Positions 17,801-27,147 of a stretch of 64,000 nucleotides of DNA are shown in pieces (positions within the stretch are counted from its first letter, which is position 1; each line of letters opens with the position of its first letter). The translations under genes were made by a program, and so were the position numbers. Source of the DNA: a virus; IMG/VR virus record IMGVR_UViG_3300003890_000014, positions 32,001 to 96,000 of that record. One strand, written 5' to 3'. The notes beneath the pieces are model-generated. The model was not told the DNA's origin. It made no database searches and was given only the letters and a program-made list of their open reading frames with translations.

Positions 17801-19794
17801 TCCCAAGGAATAACTCGCATTTGTGAGTGTAAGTTATTGGTAGTGACACCTTGCGCTAGGTCTACAGGAGTTCCTAGATTGGTAACTGTGATAGTAGTTT
17901 CGTCTAAGCCGATATTATAAGAAACAGCACTTACAACTAACTCTGCTATATTCCCATCAGCATCAGGAAGGAAGCCGTAACGATTAGCTCCATCAGCATA
18001 AGGATCAGAATCCTGTAAAAACTTGGCTAATAAAATCTTTTTAGTAGTGGGGAAAAGTTCTGTGACATCTCCTCCGAACTTGATGTTCTGGGAAGCTCCG
18101 TTCATAGGAACAGTTTGTCCATCTTTAGGTGCAAGAGCTTGAGCAGTGTGTACCGCTACTCCGGTAACTTTGGTCACAGGAGCTGAGCCTAAAAGTCGAC
18201 GAGTATAGGTGCCGTTATTTTGTCCGGCGTTAAAACGAAGAGCATCAGCGCTGGCTGAGAGGTTGACTTTAGTTCCTAAAAGGTTTGTGTCGAAAGAGTC
18301 TAAGATTTGGTTAGGTACTTTGGAAGCAAGAGCGTTTAGTTCGGCATTATCCAACGCTCCTAGAATATCTCCGCCATCAGCCGCACCGCCGCCTCCGGTG
18401 CCTAGATCTGACCAACTATCAGTGGGAAGATGTCTGAATTGAAGCTTTTGTGTTGTTGTATCCCAACGAATTTGTCCTTCAAGAGATGCGCTAGTTCCAA
18501 TGTGAATAGTTGATGGTCCAAGATAAGCGTCTTTCCATCGAAGAGCAGGAGCGCCAAGATCATAGGTATTGTCTGTGAGAGGTATTAAACTAGAAGTAAT
18601 AGCATCTAGTTCTGCCACAAAGTAACTTACCTTCTCTACTTCAATTTGAGCATCTGCGGGGAGAGGTTGGGTAGAAGGTCCGGCGATAATCTCATAAATA
18701 TCAACTTGGGTTCCAGAAGCTTCTTCGAAAACGACGTTGCCTACGTTATCGTTGACACCAGTAACTTTACGCTCAATATCTTGTCCGTTTACTCGAACGA
18801 CGATATCTCCACGAGTTTTACCAGAATTATAATCCTGAATAAAACTAAAACCTGTAGAAAGAGTTACACGAGTTTTGAGGGATACTGTCGAAATAGAACA
18901 GTTTTGTGCTTGAGTTCCATCAGCATATCCACGAGCAACTTGAATGGTCTTTTCAGCGAGACCTACCCCATCAAAGGTATTAACCAAGAATCGCATTTCG
19001 AAAATATCGTCTGCTATTGCTGGGAAACTTGGATGAAGAGTAATTTGATTTGAGGAATTTCCGGCATTAACTTCCATGTACTCGTCAGAATAATTTCCTA
19101 CTCCAACGGTAAAAGCAGCGACTTTGCGCATTTCGACGCCATTTCTAAAAAAGAAAGCGTTTTTATTATAAGAATAATTTTTAGTAAAAGTGATTGTAGT
19201 ACCAGTTACTCCAGTAGTTTCGGCTACTCTCCACTGAACAACTCCACCACCGCCAGATCCCCCACCAACAAACATTACGATATCTGAGTTAGAGATATTT
19301 TGTATAGTACCAGCAATATTCTTAAGAACTACATAACCAATTGCTCGACTACCTGTTCCAGCAGGAAGTAAAGCCGCAGCTTCGGAAGCAGCTGGATCGC
19401 CAAGATCGAGTACAAGATTATTTGCATCATCAAGAGAAATAAGAGCTTTTAAAAATTGACCAGAGGGAAGGGTGACTACTACGTCCGTACCTGGAGAAAC
19501 AACGGCGGTGCCTCCAGAGATTGCAGGGAAAACGATGTTACCAGAAGAAAAAGTAGGAACTTGATCATTGATGGGTTGGATCGTTCTGCGACGATTAGTT
19601 TGAGAATTAGTTACGACTACGTTCTCTACATTCACCGTGAGAGAGGGTGAAGTGGTAGCATTAAGTCTGAGAGGGGCTGTAAGTTCGCTATCAATTAACC
19701 GTAAGAGATCATCAAGCTCCATGTTTGCTTGGTTAGCAATTTGGGTTAATGTATCTCTTGAGATAAATTGTCTTACATCGGTTTTTGTAGCCAT
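14878..19794 (-). CDS. Receptor-binding/tail fibre protein 1 (1638 aa)
   Basis: Fibre shaft motif LIPLTDNTYDLGAPALRWKDAYL; Asp-box YTVDAGNSW; LamG-like FCIEIETKP...FNGKIGYAKF. Confidence 0.78.
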   Translation of the reverse strand: MATKTDVRQFISRDTLTQIANQANMELDDLLRLIDSELTAPLRLNATTSPSLTVNVENVVVTNSQTNRRRTIQPINDQVPTFSSGNIVFPAISGGTAVVSPGTDVVVTLPSGQFLKALISLDDANNLVLDLGDPAASEAAALLPAGTGSRAIGYVVLKNIAGTIQNISNSDIVMFVGGGSGGGGVVQWRVAETTGVTGTTITFTKNYSYNKNAFFFRNGVEMRKVAAFTVGVGNYSDEYMEVNAGNSSNQITLHPSFPAIADDIFEMRFLVNTFDGVGLAEKTIQVARGYADGTQAQNCSISTVSLKTRVTLSTGFSFIQDYNSGKTRGDIVVRVNGQDIERKVTGVNDNVGNVVFEEASGTQVDIYEIIAGPSTQPLPADAQIEVEKVSYFVAELDAITSSLIPLTDNTYDLGAPALRWKDAYLGPSTIHIGTSASLEGQIRWDTTTQKLQFRHLPTDSWSDLGTGGGGAADGGDILGALDNAELNALASKVPNQILDSFDTNLLGTKVNLSASADALRFNAGQNNGTYTRRLLGSAPVTKVTGVAVHTAQALAPKDGQTVPMNGASQNIKFGGDVTELFPTTKKILLAKFLQDSDPYADGANRYGFLPDADGNIAELVVSAVSYNIGLDETTITVTNLGTPVDLAQGVTTNNLHSQMRVIPWDYKYEAKSLSSEALEQMKISDASLSDVIRLQGESPQKLVTGGDVDGSLPGFWTAFSENKQYGVAWGYQSESGNDQISVYYTVDAGNSWTFLGHKTTAGSYPPSSVFLNLELSNPTQAFVANNGKMALMYNRNGTNREVWAVYANLSSSPVLTDFPDISGGAGRMFFDGGQHYDALTIGGDKVDGSLVHMWSVNSGGPQNLGRVWTWTGATPVHIGSTSAISTISNQPASVHVLGTSPSRRTWFVYTSASNNLNGLYFAEASTSFTTFALDSGGNIANHGGIAFDETGTGIMYVSYRSTSGDWYMRYFNNVVSGSPALVSGFTVMNSASGMLTPVDGGVGATAQRDFMQKTINRRVIIDPSNNKHVFFVDEIQHPDSGARRSGFIEVKNTDSMVGTQISQYSTDNNYNLRHNSGATKQAQTFTGSATRVRTVALRLFQNGVIPPGYEISVKIEATTGGNPNGTVLASSVNTYDPSRITKSTSGQWCFFNFDDSDVESLTGVYAIVLEGTFPISASNYISFKGNTGGYAGGNVTSYDGSSWSASATLDFVFEISGEWITDLGLGREQNTSSGTDSNLQEGVCESSIALISNNQINFLFRKTYDSVNSLRYGISGHPFRRVITINSGAISTKGDATVVGFQDGDFDPRLVFNVSLGNDDSRAFTADGAVIANQKFWDRSGLALNVAASPNIVDADFVADSSFQSGFACDFDGSSEAIQYSDNSAFDLYYYKPFCIEIETKPTALASTMFPIAHWTGAHGWKLRIGTDGSVEFEIIDSGSVLRGGARSATGVITAGVYKIIRVVGLGTGLAPKIYTATAYDGTFTEVPSYSSQTSFTTGQTSATTSLTIGANGDLTAYFNGKIGYAKFANGASSFAYTGWKNQAPLINCVNHGSIMSANKVIGQSNGDGSYDTPFYQGVVMNPDASEASMVDSYDVVAQFNHELAGDPGRELELKVTAGRGSERNQSSIQGINFRFTK

Positions 19795-19820
19795 TTTCTA
19801 ATCCTTATATTCTTATCAAA

Positions 19821-19829
19821 ATTATAACA
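19821..19829 (-). promoter_or_regulatory. Candidate late promoter (extended -10)
   Basis: TGTTATAAT in an intergenic gap, no -35 at 17 nt. Confidence 0.55.
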
Positions 19830-19833
19830 CAAT

Positions 19834-20166
19834 TTATGCTGATCTATCAATTCTAAAGTGTATACGATCTCCTATCACTAGGTCAAAAGTCAAAGTAACT
19901 TGAGTGCGAGGCGGTGAGCCTACGTAGTTGTAATCTATAACACTTTCTAATCTTATACCATTTAATCTTACTTCTAGTTCCTCAGAAGTATAGGTTTGAC
20001 TAAGCGGTAGGGTGATATTAGTACCCGCCGTAACTGGTCCAGTAATCTGTCCAGGTCCAGGGCTTCCTGATACCACGTCTAATGCTTCATCGTAAATGGC
20101 TACGGAACCTCCAGTTTCATCGAAGGACCGTAAAATTCCATTTACTAACCTAGTAAATTTGGCCAT
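19834..20166 (-). CDS. Small tail fibre/adaptor module protein
   Basis: LEVRLNG...DY...LVIGDRIHFR module also found inside 22281-24620. Confidence 0.6.
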   Translation of the reverse strand: MAKFTRLVNGILRSFDETGGSVAIYDEALDVVSGSPGPGQITGPVTAGTNITLPLSQTYTSEELEVRLNGIRLESVIDYNYVGSPPRTQVTLTFDLVIGDRIHFRIDRSA

Positions 20167-20169
20167 ATA

Positions 20170-22032
20170 TTATGCTACTATACCAATCATTGGTTGAACA
20201 AAAATTCGATCTGTGTTTTCAACAAACCCGATCGGTTTTGCTGCTTCATTCGCTGTATTAGTTAAAGAAGCTCCTAAAATAAAGGCTCCGCTTGAACCTA
20301 AGAATACTGGTTTACCAATATCTGCTCCAGCAAATGGAGTATCTGAAGATCCAAGTACATGAGTACCTAACATGATTACGTCGATATTTTCACCAGCTGA
20401 TACTGCACTTGTTGAGAGTGCAATACCTATAGCATGAAATTTATCACTTACAGAAGCGTCTTTATCGGCTTTATATACTCTGCCTGCAGTTTCACCATTT
20501 AGAGCAAAACGAACTAAGAAACTCGTATTAGCAGCCATAGATTCGCCAGCTACCATTACTTTCTTAGCAAGAGGAGCATGAGCAGTTTTTACCCCTGAAG
20601 CAGATCTAGAGATCGAATCTCCATCGAGTTTAACTCGAACTGCATCAGAATTGATTTCGATACCATCGCCAGGGTTTACATCAATAGCTGCGCCATTGCC
20701 GCCAGTCAATCCTGAACCAGCGACATCAGATCCGAGTTTTGCTGCAGTTACTGAGGTAGCTGCAAGTTTAGCGGTTGAGATACCAAGATCTTTAACTTGA
20801 AGAGCATTGGTAGCAATTTCGATAGTCGAGTTATCAACATTAGCTTTTGTACCAGCTGCGCCTTTAGATAATGCACCAGCAGGGTCGAATTTAATACCAA
20901 GTTCATCAGAAGAAATCTGAAGAGAAGGATTAGAAGCTTCGAGTTTAACACTCAATATTCCAGCAGAGAATGCTAGACCATCCCCTGCGGCAGAAGCGTC
21001 GAGTCTTACATCAAATCCAACTTTAGTCAATCCAGTAGAAGCGGTCGTAGCTTCAAAATACTTCTGTACCCACGATGACCCACCCCATTGACGGAGAGAA
21101 GATGTTTCGTCATCAATAGAAATCATCATCCCAACAGTAGGATTAGTTTCTACCCAAAGAGTTCCATTAAACTCAACAATATCACCAGCTTCAGCGCCAT
21201 CCCAATCTACGTGTGGTGTGCCGCCATCGTGAGAAAGTACATATCTATCGCCAAGAACTTCAGTAGGAGGGGCAACGGTATTGTCTACAATATAGTCAAT
21301 TGCAGAGTTCTGAAACTCAAAGTTTTGAATTAAAGAAAGAGCATTTTGAAGTTGTTCCCAACGAACTGCATCTCCGTTAGCGGAAGCGGGGGCTAGATTA
21401 GTTAGTTTATTTCCACCCATCGACTGGTTACCAGAAAAAGCTCTAGTTCCATCAACAAGAATATATTGGGTGTGATCATCTGAAGAAAGATTAAGAAGTG
21501 CGCTATGGCTAACTTTAGAAGCATCGAAACGGATTCTAAAAATTTCATTACCAGCGGGATTAAGAATACTTTCTTCGAGAGCATTGGTAGTATTGCTTCC
21601 AACATCTACTTGGATTTTAGGAGAAAGATAATCAGAGGTGGTGTCAGCTGCGCTCACTCGAACTTGTTTATCGTTCGATCCAGCGCCAAGGGCGGTGTTG
21701 ATTCCTTGAAGAGCGCCTTTTACAGTAGCAGCAGTTGGGGTAAAGTTTGTATAGGTATTGTCATCCCCAATTAAATCAGAACCAGAAGATGCATTTGAAG
21801 ATCCTAATTCAGACTCAGTAAAATATCTTCCATCATGAGTATGTGAATTTGTACCATCAGCAAAATCAGTTCCATTCTGAAGATTGATAAGTTTATCAAG
21901 AATGGTTTTGCTAAGATCAGTACCTGCTCCACCACCAAATTTTACTTTATCAACTACTAAAGTGTTAGTTGAGATATCTACGTTTCTAATTACACCGTCT
22001 ATGACTCGAGATAATTTGCTAATATCAGACAT
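20170..22032 (-). CDS. Tail fibre protein
   Basis: HTHDGRYFTESE, DDHTQY, GGNKLTNLA...DAV, VDNSTIE and KLA repeats typical of fibre shafts. Confidence 0.75.
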   Translation of the reverse strand: MSDISKLSRVIDGVIRNVDISTNTLVVDKVKFGGGAGTDLSKTILDKLINLQNGTDFADGTNSHTHDGRYFTESELGSSNASSGSDLIGDDNTYTNFTPTAATVKGALQGINTALGAGSNDKQVRVSAADTTSDYLSPKIQVDVGSNTTNALEESILNPAGNEIFRIRFDASKVSHSALLNLSSDDHTQYILVDGTRAFSGNQSMGGNKLTNLAPASANGDAVRWEQLQNALSLIQNFEFQNSAIDYIVDNTVAPPTEVLGDRYVLSHDGGTPHVDWDGAEAGDIVEFNGTLWVETNPTVGMMISIDDETSSLRQWGGSSWVQKYFEATTASTGLTKVGFDVRLDASAAGDGLAFSAGILSVKLEASNPSLQISSDELGIKFDPAGALSKGAAGTKANVDNSTIEIATNALQVKDLGISTAKLAATSVTAAKLGSDVAGSGLTGGNGAAIDVNPGDGIEINSDAVRVKLDGDSISRSASGVKTAHAPLAKKVMVAGESMAANTSFLVRFALNGETAGRVYKADKDASVSDKFHAIGIALSTSAVSAGENIDVIMLGTHVLGSSDTPFAGADIGKPVFLGSSGAFILGASLTNTANEAAKPIGFVENTDRIFVQPMIGIVA

Positions 22033-22035
22033 TTG

Positions 22036-22245
22036 TTATTCTCCTTTAGGGTTCTCAGTTTGGTTTAAGGGTTCTATTAAAAATTGCATTTTGACTTGTA
22101 TACCGTATATTTGTGCTATTCGATTTGCTTCATCACAAGCTTTGTCCATGATTTGTCTAAGCTTTTCGCCAATTCTTTGGCTAAGTTGATCTGCCTCTTC
22201 TTCAGACAGTTTTTCTAGATCTACTTTCCTAACTCGTTCTTCCAT
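22036..22245 (-). CDS. Small helical protein, possible fibre chaperone
   Basis: ORF between fibre genes; ATG 22245 preferred. Confidence 0.5.
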   Translation of the reverse strand: MEERVRKVDLEKLSEEEADQLSQRIGEKLRQIMDKACDEANRIAQIYGIQVKMQFLIEPLNQTENPKGE

Positions 22246-22280
22246 ATTATATCCCAATCCTTTCAAACTTTTGAAATTTA

Positions 22281-24620
22281 TTATAACTGCCCTATAATAG
22301 CAACGTTTACTATTAGATCTTTTAAAGTAGGATTAGAAGTATTTCTAGAGATTACTCCCAACCTAATAACCCAATCTCCCGCTACAAAACCACCGACGCC
22401 AATGTCAGGTTTAACATTTGTAATATCTCCAGTTTTAGATACGTATACTGGTTCTCCATAATCTGCGGTCGTTGTAATATCTTTAAGAACTCCACTAACT
22501 ACTACACTTCCTTGCGCCGCATTTACAGTGTTTGCTGCTAAGACACCTACACATGCTAAAGCTTCTGCTTCAATAGAAACATCAATATCTTCCATATAAC
22601 CTAAAGAATTCACTCTAATAGGTTTTAATTTATTAATGGTAGAACCAGTTTGATTCTCAAGTGGAACTTCGCCAGAAGCTGCGGTACCGGCACCTGCACC
22701 GATGGCGCTAATATTTATAGTAGATCCACCGTTCTTTTTGTATTTAAGATCTCCAGTATTATCTACCCATAATCCATCTTGAGCGGGAAGTGGGTCTGAA
22801 GCTTCTCGACTAAAAGTTATACCTTTAGGATCGATAATTCCGGTAACATCGATATCACCATTAAATACTGCTATCTTACCTGGAGGTCCATTTACGGTAA
22901 AAGGAAAGCCAGGAGTAACAAGAATCGTAGAACCATTATTGTAAGCATTTTGTAAACTTACTGGTCCACCACCGCCGCCTACAAATCCACCAACTACAGC
23001 ATGTCTAAAAGTAAGGCGATCTCCTACTACAAGAGGAATTTGAATCTGAACTATAGAAGAAGGATTACCTATAGTACCAACTTCAGTCCAATCATCTCCA
23101 ACAAAAAGATAAATACCATTTAAATAAAGTTCAAGTCCACCACTACCTACAATATAATACTCAGTACTATTTCCATCTCTTGAATCAAGAGGAAGACTTA
23201 AGTTGGTGGCAGGAGAAACTGGACCAGTAAATTCATTATCATTAGCTGGAGCACCAGCGACGATATCCATTTTTTCTTCATATGGATTACCATTGAGTAC
23301 TGTATTTAAAAAATTAATATTTTTAGCATTTTCTGAAATTGCGGTAACTAAGGTAGAGGCTGTGGTGAATTGTCCAGGAAGAGATGGATCTGGAAGTTCA
23401 GTATATGGTACTGAAGTAGCAGTCTCGGGGTCGAATCCTAAGAAAGTAGCAAGAGATTCAGTAGTCTCGTCATTAATTTCTTTTGCTTCGCCAGCGTCTA
23501 ATTCGCCTAAACCTCTAAGATAAAGTCTAGAACCTTCTCTGTAAGCAAGCCAATATACATCGTCATCAAGGGGTACACTACCACGAGCTGAGACTCTATA
23601 GTTTGTAGCTGTTAAACCTACTGAATCATAAGTTACAGTAGTAAGAGGATCAGGAAGTTCTATCCATAGCACTTCTCCATCAGCAATAGAGATTGCATTG
23701 CCACCTTCTTGTCGAGTAAGTTGAATATTAGAGGTATTATCAAAAAGTCTTACATAAGCAATAACGTCAGAATCAAGAGGGATTCCAGAATCATCAGTAA
23801 TAGTAAGTGCAGTACCAGTCCAATAGAATCTAGCTCCTGCAGTAGCTCCTACTAAAATACTTAAACCAGTAGCTCTAAAAGAACCACCTAAAGTAATTGG
23901 AGCTTGCTCAAACCAATAGGTTGTACCTTTAATTTCTCGAATACTGTCCATGACAGCATCAAAAAATTGTTTAAAATTCTTGATGTCTTTATCAGCACCT
24001 GTGAATTGTGTATTGACAGGTTCAGTTCTAGATGCCCATGAAAAAGCAAAAGTTGGATTTGTACCACGACCTAATCTAAAAAACAGATCTCGTTTGTCTC
24101 GGATTGCAGTGATTACACCTGAACCGTTTACATCAACTTCACAAACTTTAACTTTATCTGCATCGCCTGAAAAATTTGAGGTATTAATTACTAGGCTGGC
24201 TTTAAGAAAAGTGAAAGTATCTACAATTTGTGAAAACTCTGCGCCTTGCCCCCCAGCTGCAGTTGGGTCCCAAAAAGCTCTACTATCTGCGCCACCTGTA
24301 TCTTGAGTTACAGAAATTTCAATGTAATTAGTGGTAGCTGGAGAAAGACTTGAGGAAGATAGGGCAGAAAGACTAGGTGCTCCAATATAAAGCACGCCAT
24401 CGTCTTGGCCCATAATAAGAGAAGAATTTGCAATGGCTACTGAAATAGTGTTAGTTCCAACGCCAGTAGCATTGAATCCAGAAAATATAAAATTTTGATT
24501 GGTCCAGGCGTTTCTTTGAATCGCTTTAAAATCTGCACAAACAAAGTCCTCGATCTTATTAAAATCAGGTAAATCGAGACGTTGATTCGGGAGGATTCTG
24601 GTCCTTTGAAGTAAAGCCAT
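22281..24620 (-). CDS. Baseplate/tail fibre attachment protein
   Basis: Follows the baseplate wedge genes; N-terminal QRLDLPD; shares modules with the downstream fibre genes. Confidence 0.65.
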   Translation of the reverse strand: MALLQRTRILPNQRLDLPDFNKIEDFVCADFKAIQRNAWTNQNFIFSGFNATGVGTNTISVAIANSSLIMGQDDGVLYIGAPSLSALSSSSLSPATTNYIEISVTQDTGGADSRAFWDPTAAGGQGAEFSQIVDTFTFLKASLVINTSNFSGDADKVKVCEVDVNGSGVITAIRDKRDLFFRLGRGTNPTFAFSWASRTEPVNTQFTGADKDIKNFKQFFDAVMDSIREIKGTTYWFEQAPITLGGSFRATGLSILVGATAGARFYWTGTALTITDDSGIPLDSDVIAYVRLFDNTSNIQLTRQEGGNAISIADGEVLWIELPDPLTTVTYDSVGLTATNYRVSARGSVPLDDDVYWLAYREGSRLYLRGLGELDAGEAKEINDETTESLATFLGFDPETATSVPYTELPDPSLPGQFTTASTLVTAISENAKNINFLNTVLNGNPYEEKMDIVAGAPANDNEFTGPVSPATNLSLPLDSRDGNSTEYYIVGSGGLELYLNGIYLFVGDDWTEVGTIGNPSSIVQIQIPLVVGDRLTFRHAVVGGFVGGGGGPVSLQNAYNNGSTILVTPGFPFTVNGPPGKIAVFNGDIDVTGIIDPKGITFSREASDPLPAQDGLWVDNTGDLKYKKNGGSTINISAIGAGAGTAASGEVPLENQTGSTINKLKPIRVNSLGYMEDIDVSIEAEALACVGVLAANTVNAAQGSVVVSGVLKDITTTADYGEPVYVSKTGDITNVKPDIGVGGFVAGDWVIRLGVISRNTSNPTLKDLIVNVAIIGQL

Positions 24621-24654
24621 TTGTTAAATCCTTATATTCTTATTCTTAATTTTC

Positions 24655-24663
24655 ATTTTAGCA
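24655..24663 (-). promoter_or_regulatory. Candidate late promoter (extended -10)
   Basis: TGCTAAAAT, intergenic. Confidence 0.5.
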
Positions 24664-24678
24664 CACATCCTAAAATCC

Positions 24679-26571
24679 TTATGTAAAAACCAGAGGGCCT
24701 TGTCCAGTTAAGGCTCCCCTATAATCAGGGCTTTCGGATGGACCACAAGTCCTACAAACACATTCAAATAAAACTTCTGGGAATGAGATCAGAAATCTAA
24801 TGACTACTCCTGCTGCTAATAGCTTCTTAATGAGGTTCTGGGCAGCTTGGCGGGCTTCTTCAGTACCCACTACATAAACAGCGTAGTCTTCGCCTGTAAC
24901 CCTTGGAATAGTAGGGGAATCTGAGATGAAATTAATTTTTCTTCCAATTAAATGCTCTTGTTGAAATATATAACTTGCGTCAATCAGTAAAGTAGAGTTA
25001 TTTGGTCTGCTATTGTACTGGATTGGGCCTTCCTGTTCAGACCTTCCAAAGTTCAATAGAATCTTACCTGGCTTATTGGGAAAGCTTGCTGCGTTCGCCA
25101 CTGAAAGGGTTGGTACAATTGATCCGCTATTGACTGTGGTAGATAGTTCTGTACTAACTCCAGTTACAGTAAATAATTGACCAGTTGGATCAAACAAGTA
25201 TGCAGAAGGATAGTCAGTCACAATAAGATCTGGATCTTGCTGTAAAGTAGTTATAAATCCTAATACTATATTTGCTGTACCTCCAGTAATTTGATACTCA
25301 GAGCTTCCTTCTGTAGTTCTTAGACCTACTTTTTTATAGTTACTTCCCTGACCGTGTGTAAAAGCTTCTAAAAATGTTAGCTGATTATTTATAACTTCTA
25401 CTACCTCTTCTGCGGTCACTGCTGAAGGGTCAACAAAATCAGATGCATGAGTAAAAGTAACTGTAAAAGGATTCCCATCAATAGTTAGAGTTAAAGTAGA
25501 AGATACACCTAATCCGCTAAAGTCAAATACTTCTTCATTAGAGTAAATTTCTAACTTATCTTGTTTAGGGTGAGCAGCACCTCTTAGGGTTCTCCTAAGA
25601 ACTGGAACAGAACTAGGAATTTTAATTACTAATTCATTAGGATTGATTTCGTAAACACTAGCTTTAACTTCAGTTTGTTTTACTAAAGAGAAATTTAGTC
25701 TTGCTGGAGTATTGGCATCGCCGCCTAAAATTTGGATAGAACCTAGTAGTCCTGGCGTATTTGTTCTTAAATTTAATTTATTTCCAGAAAGAGGATCTAA
25801 AAATTTACTGGCGGTTATATTTAAGTTGTGTTCAGGGTCAGCGTTAATAAATGCGACTAACTCATCTACAGATATATTAGTGATGTCATCAAAAGCGTAA
25901 GGTTTGAATCGAAGAGTCACTGCGGGTTTGTTATCTACTTTATAGTCAAGAGTTCTTACTATTCCTAAAGAAATATTACTGTTAATAGCGATATCACTAT
26001 CCCATTCCATAGATAGGTCAAGCTCAGTATCACTATGAATAGCCGATACTTTTTTATAAGTATATCCAGAAGCAGCTGAAGCTTTAATGTAATCTCCAGG
26101 AGCAAGTTCTGTTAGAAATAGAGTTCCTGTTCCTTTAACTCTTTTTGTTCCCTTAATAAAACTAGCTGTTCCTGTTAACAGACTTACTGGACCAAAATTA
26201 TAGGTTTCAGTTGTTCCGCTATTAATATTTGGTCTTGTAAATCCAGCTCCCCAAAATACATCTAATAAAGAGATAATAGTTTTACGAACTTGTTTTGGAT
26301 AAAAAGACATTACAGGTATAAGTTTACGGAAGTCATCATCACCCATGCCTAAATTAGGGTCTCTTGGAACTCCTACGTTATTACCTAAATAATCTAGATA
26401 TCTTCCTTCTGCCTGTTCCACAAACAATTGATCTTTTGTATTTTGAATCTGAACTACAATCTCATCATCAGATAATCCCCATGCCTTTAAAAGACCACGG
26501 ATCATTACGTTACTCTCAGCTTTATAAAAACTCGGCAAACTACGAGCCATTCTCTGAAATTTATCCGCCAT
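24679..26571 (-). CDS. Baseplate wedge protein (P2 gpI / T4 gp7-like)
   Basis: AEGRYLDYLG...GVPR...DDDFRK and C-terminal LLAAGV; follows baseplate J. Confidence 0.75.
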   Translation of the reverse strand: MADKFQRMARSLPSFYKAESNVMIRGLLKAWGLSDDEIVVQIQNTKDQLFVEQAEGRYLDYLGNNVGVPRDPNLGMGDDDFRKLIPVMSFYPKQVRKTIISLLDVFWGAGFTRPNINSGTTETYNFGPVSLLTGTASFIKGTKRVKGTGTLFLTELAPGDYIKASAASGYTYKKVSAIHSDTELDLSMEWDSDIAINSNISLGIVRTLDYKVDNKPAVTLRFKPYAFDDITNISVDELVAFINADPEHNLNITASKFLDPLSGNKLNLRTNTPGLLGSIQILGGDANTPARLNFSLVKQTEVKASVYEINPNELVIKIPSSVPVLRRTLRGAAHPKQDKLEIYSNEEVFDFSGLGVSSTLTLTIDGNPFTVTFTHASDFVDPSAVTAEEVVEVINNQLTFLEAFTHGQGSNYKKVGLRTTEGSSEYQITGGTANIVLGFITTLQQDPDLIVTDYPSAYLFDPTGQLFTVTGVSTELSTTVNSGSIVPTLSVANAASFPNKPGKILLNFGRSEQEGPIQYNSRPNNSTLLIDASYIFQQEHLIGRKINFISDSPTIPRVTGEDYAVYVVGTEEARQAAQNLIKKLLAAGVVIRFLISFPEVLFECVCRTCGPSESPDYRGALTGQGPLVFT

Positions 26572-27145
26572 AACGATTTCCCTTTTTAAGATTATCTTCG
26601 GCCCATAGCGGTTGTAAATTTGTATAACGAAATGCTTCTTTATATTGTTCGTTATCTTTTAGATTGAAAATTGATAAAGGTTTTATATGATCAATATGCC
26701 AACCATTTTTACCGTAATTATCCCAAGACATTTCTGGCTGAAATTTAGATTCTAAATGCTTTTTTAATTGTTCAAATGAACAATCTAGCGCTTCAAGTGT
26801 TGATCCTTGTTTCTGATTATTCTTTAATGCTAGTCTAATTCTTGCTCTCATATTTTGAGCCAATATAAATATTTCTCGTTCTTTACGGGCCTTTTTTTGC
26901 CAGTTATTTTGTTCTATTCTTATTTTATCTTTTCTAGTAATTTTATACACATTTGATAATTCTTTTACTCGTTCAGGATTTCGTAATCTCCATCGACGTA
27001 GTCTCTGTCTTTTAGCTTCGATATTAACTAGCTCATAACTCTTACAACACAACTTACACCAAGGATGTAATCCATCTACTCTTCGAGTTTGTTTATAAAA
27101 CTCTAACAATTCTTTCTCGATATTGCATTTGCTACAAGTCTTCAT
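26561..27145 (-). CDS. HNH-type homing endonuclease
   Basis: CSKC...DGLHPWCKLC; HLESKF...MSWDNYG...WHIDHIKP...NLQPLWAEDNLKKGN. Confidence 0.85.
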   Translation of the reverse strand: MKTCSKCNIEKELLEFYKQTRRVDGLHPWCKLCCKSYELVNIEAKRQRLRRWRLRNPERVKELSNVYKITRKDKIRIEQNNWQKKARKEREIFILAQNMRARIRLALKNNQKQGSTLEALDCSFEQLKKHLESKFQPEMSWDNYGKNGWHIDHIKPLSIFNLKDNEQYKEAFRYTNLQPLWAEDNLKKGNRYGG

Positions 27146-27147
27146 AA

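Noticed and set aside
11267-19794. Invertase/shufflon-type fibre switching
   Set aside because: Both genes are complete and in the same orientation; no recombinase or inverted crossover sites were seen.
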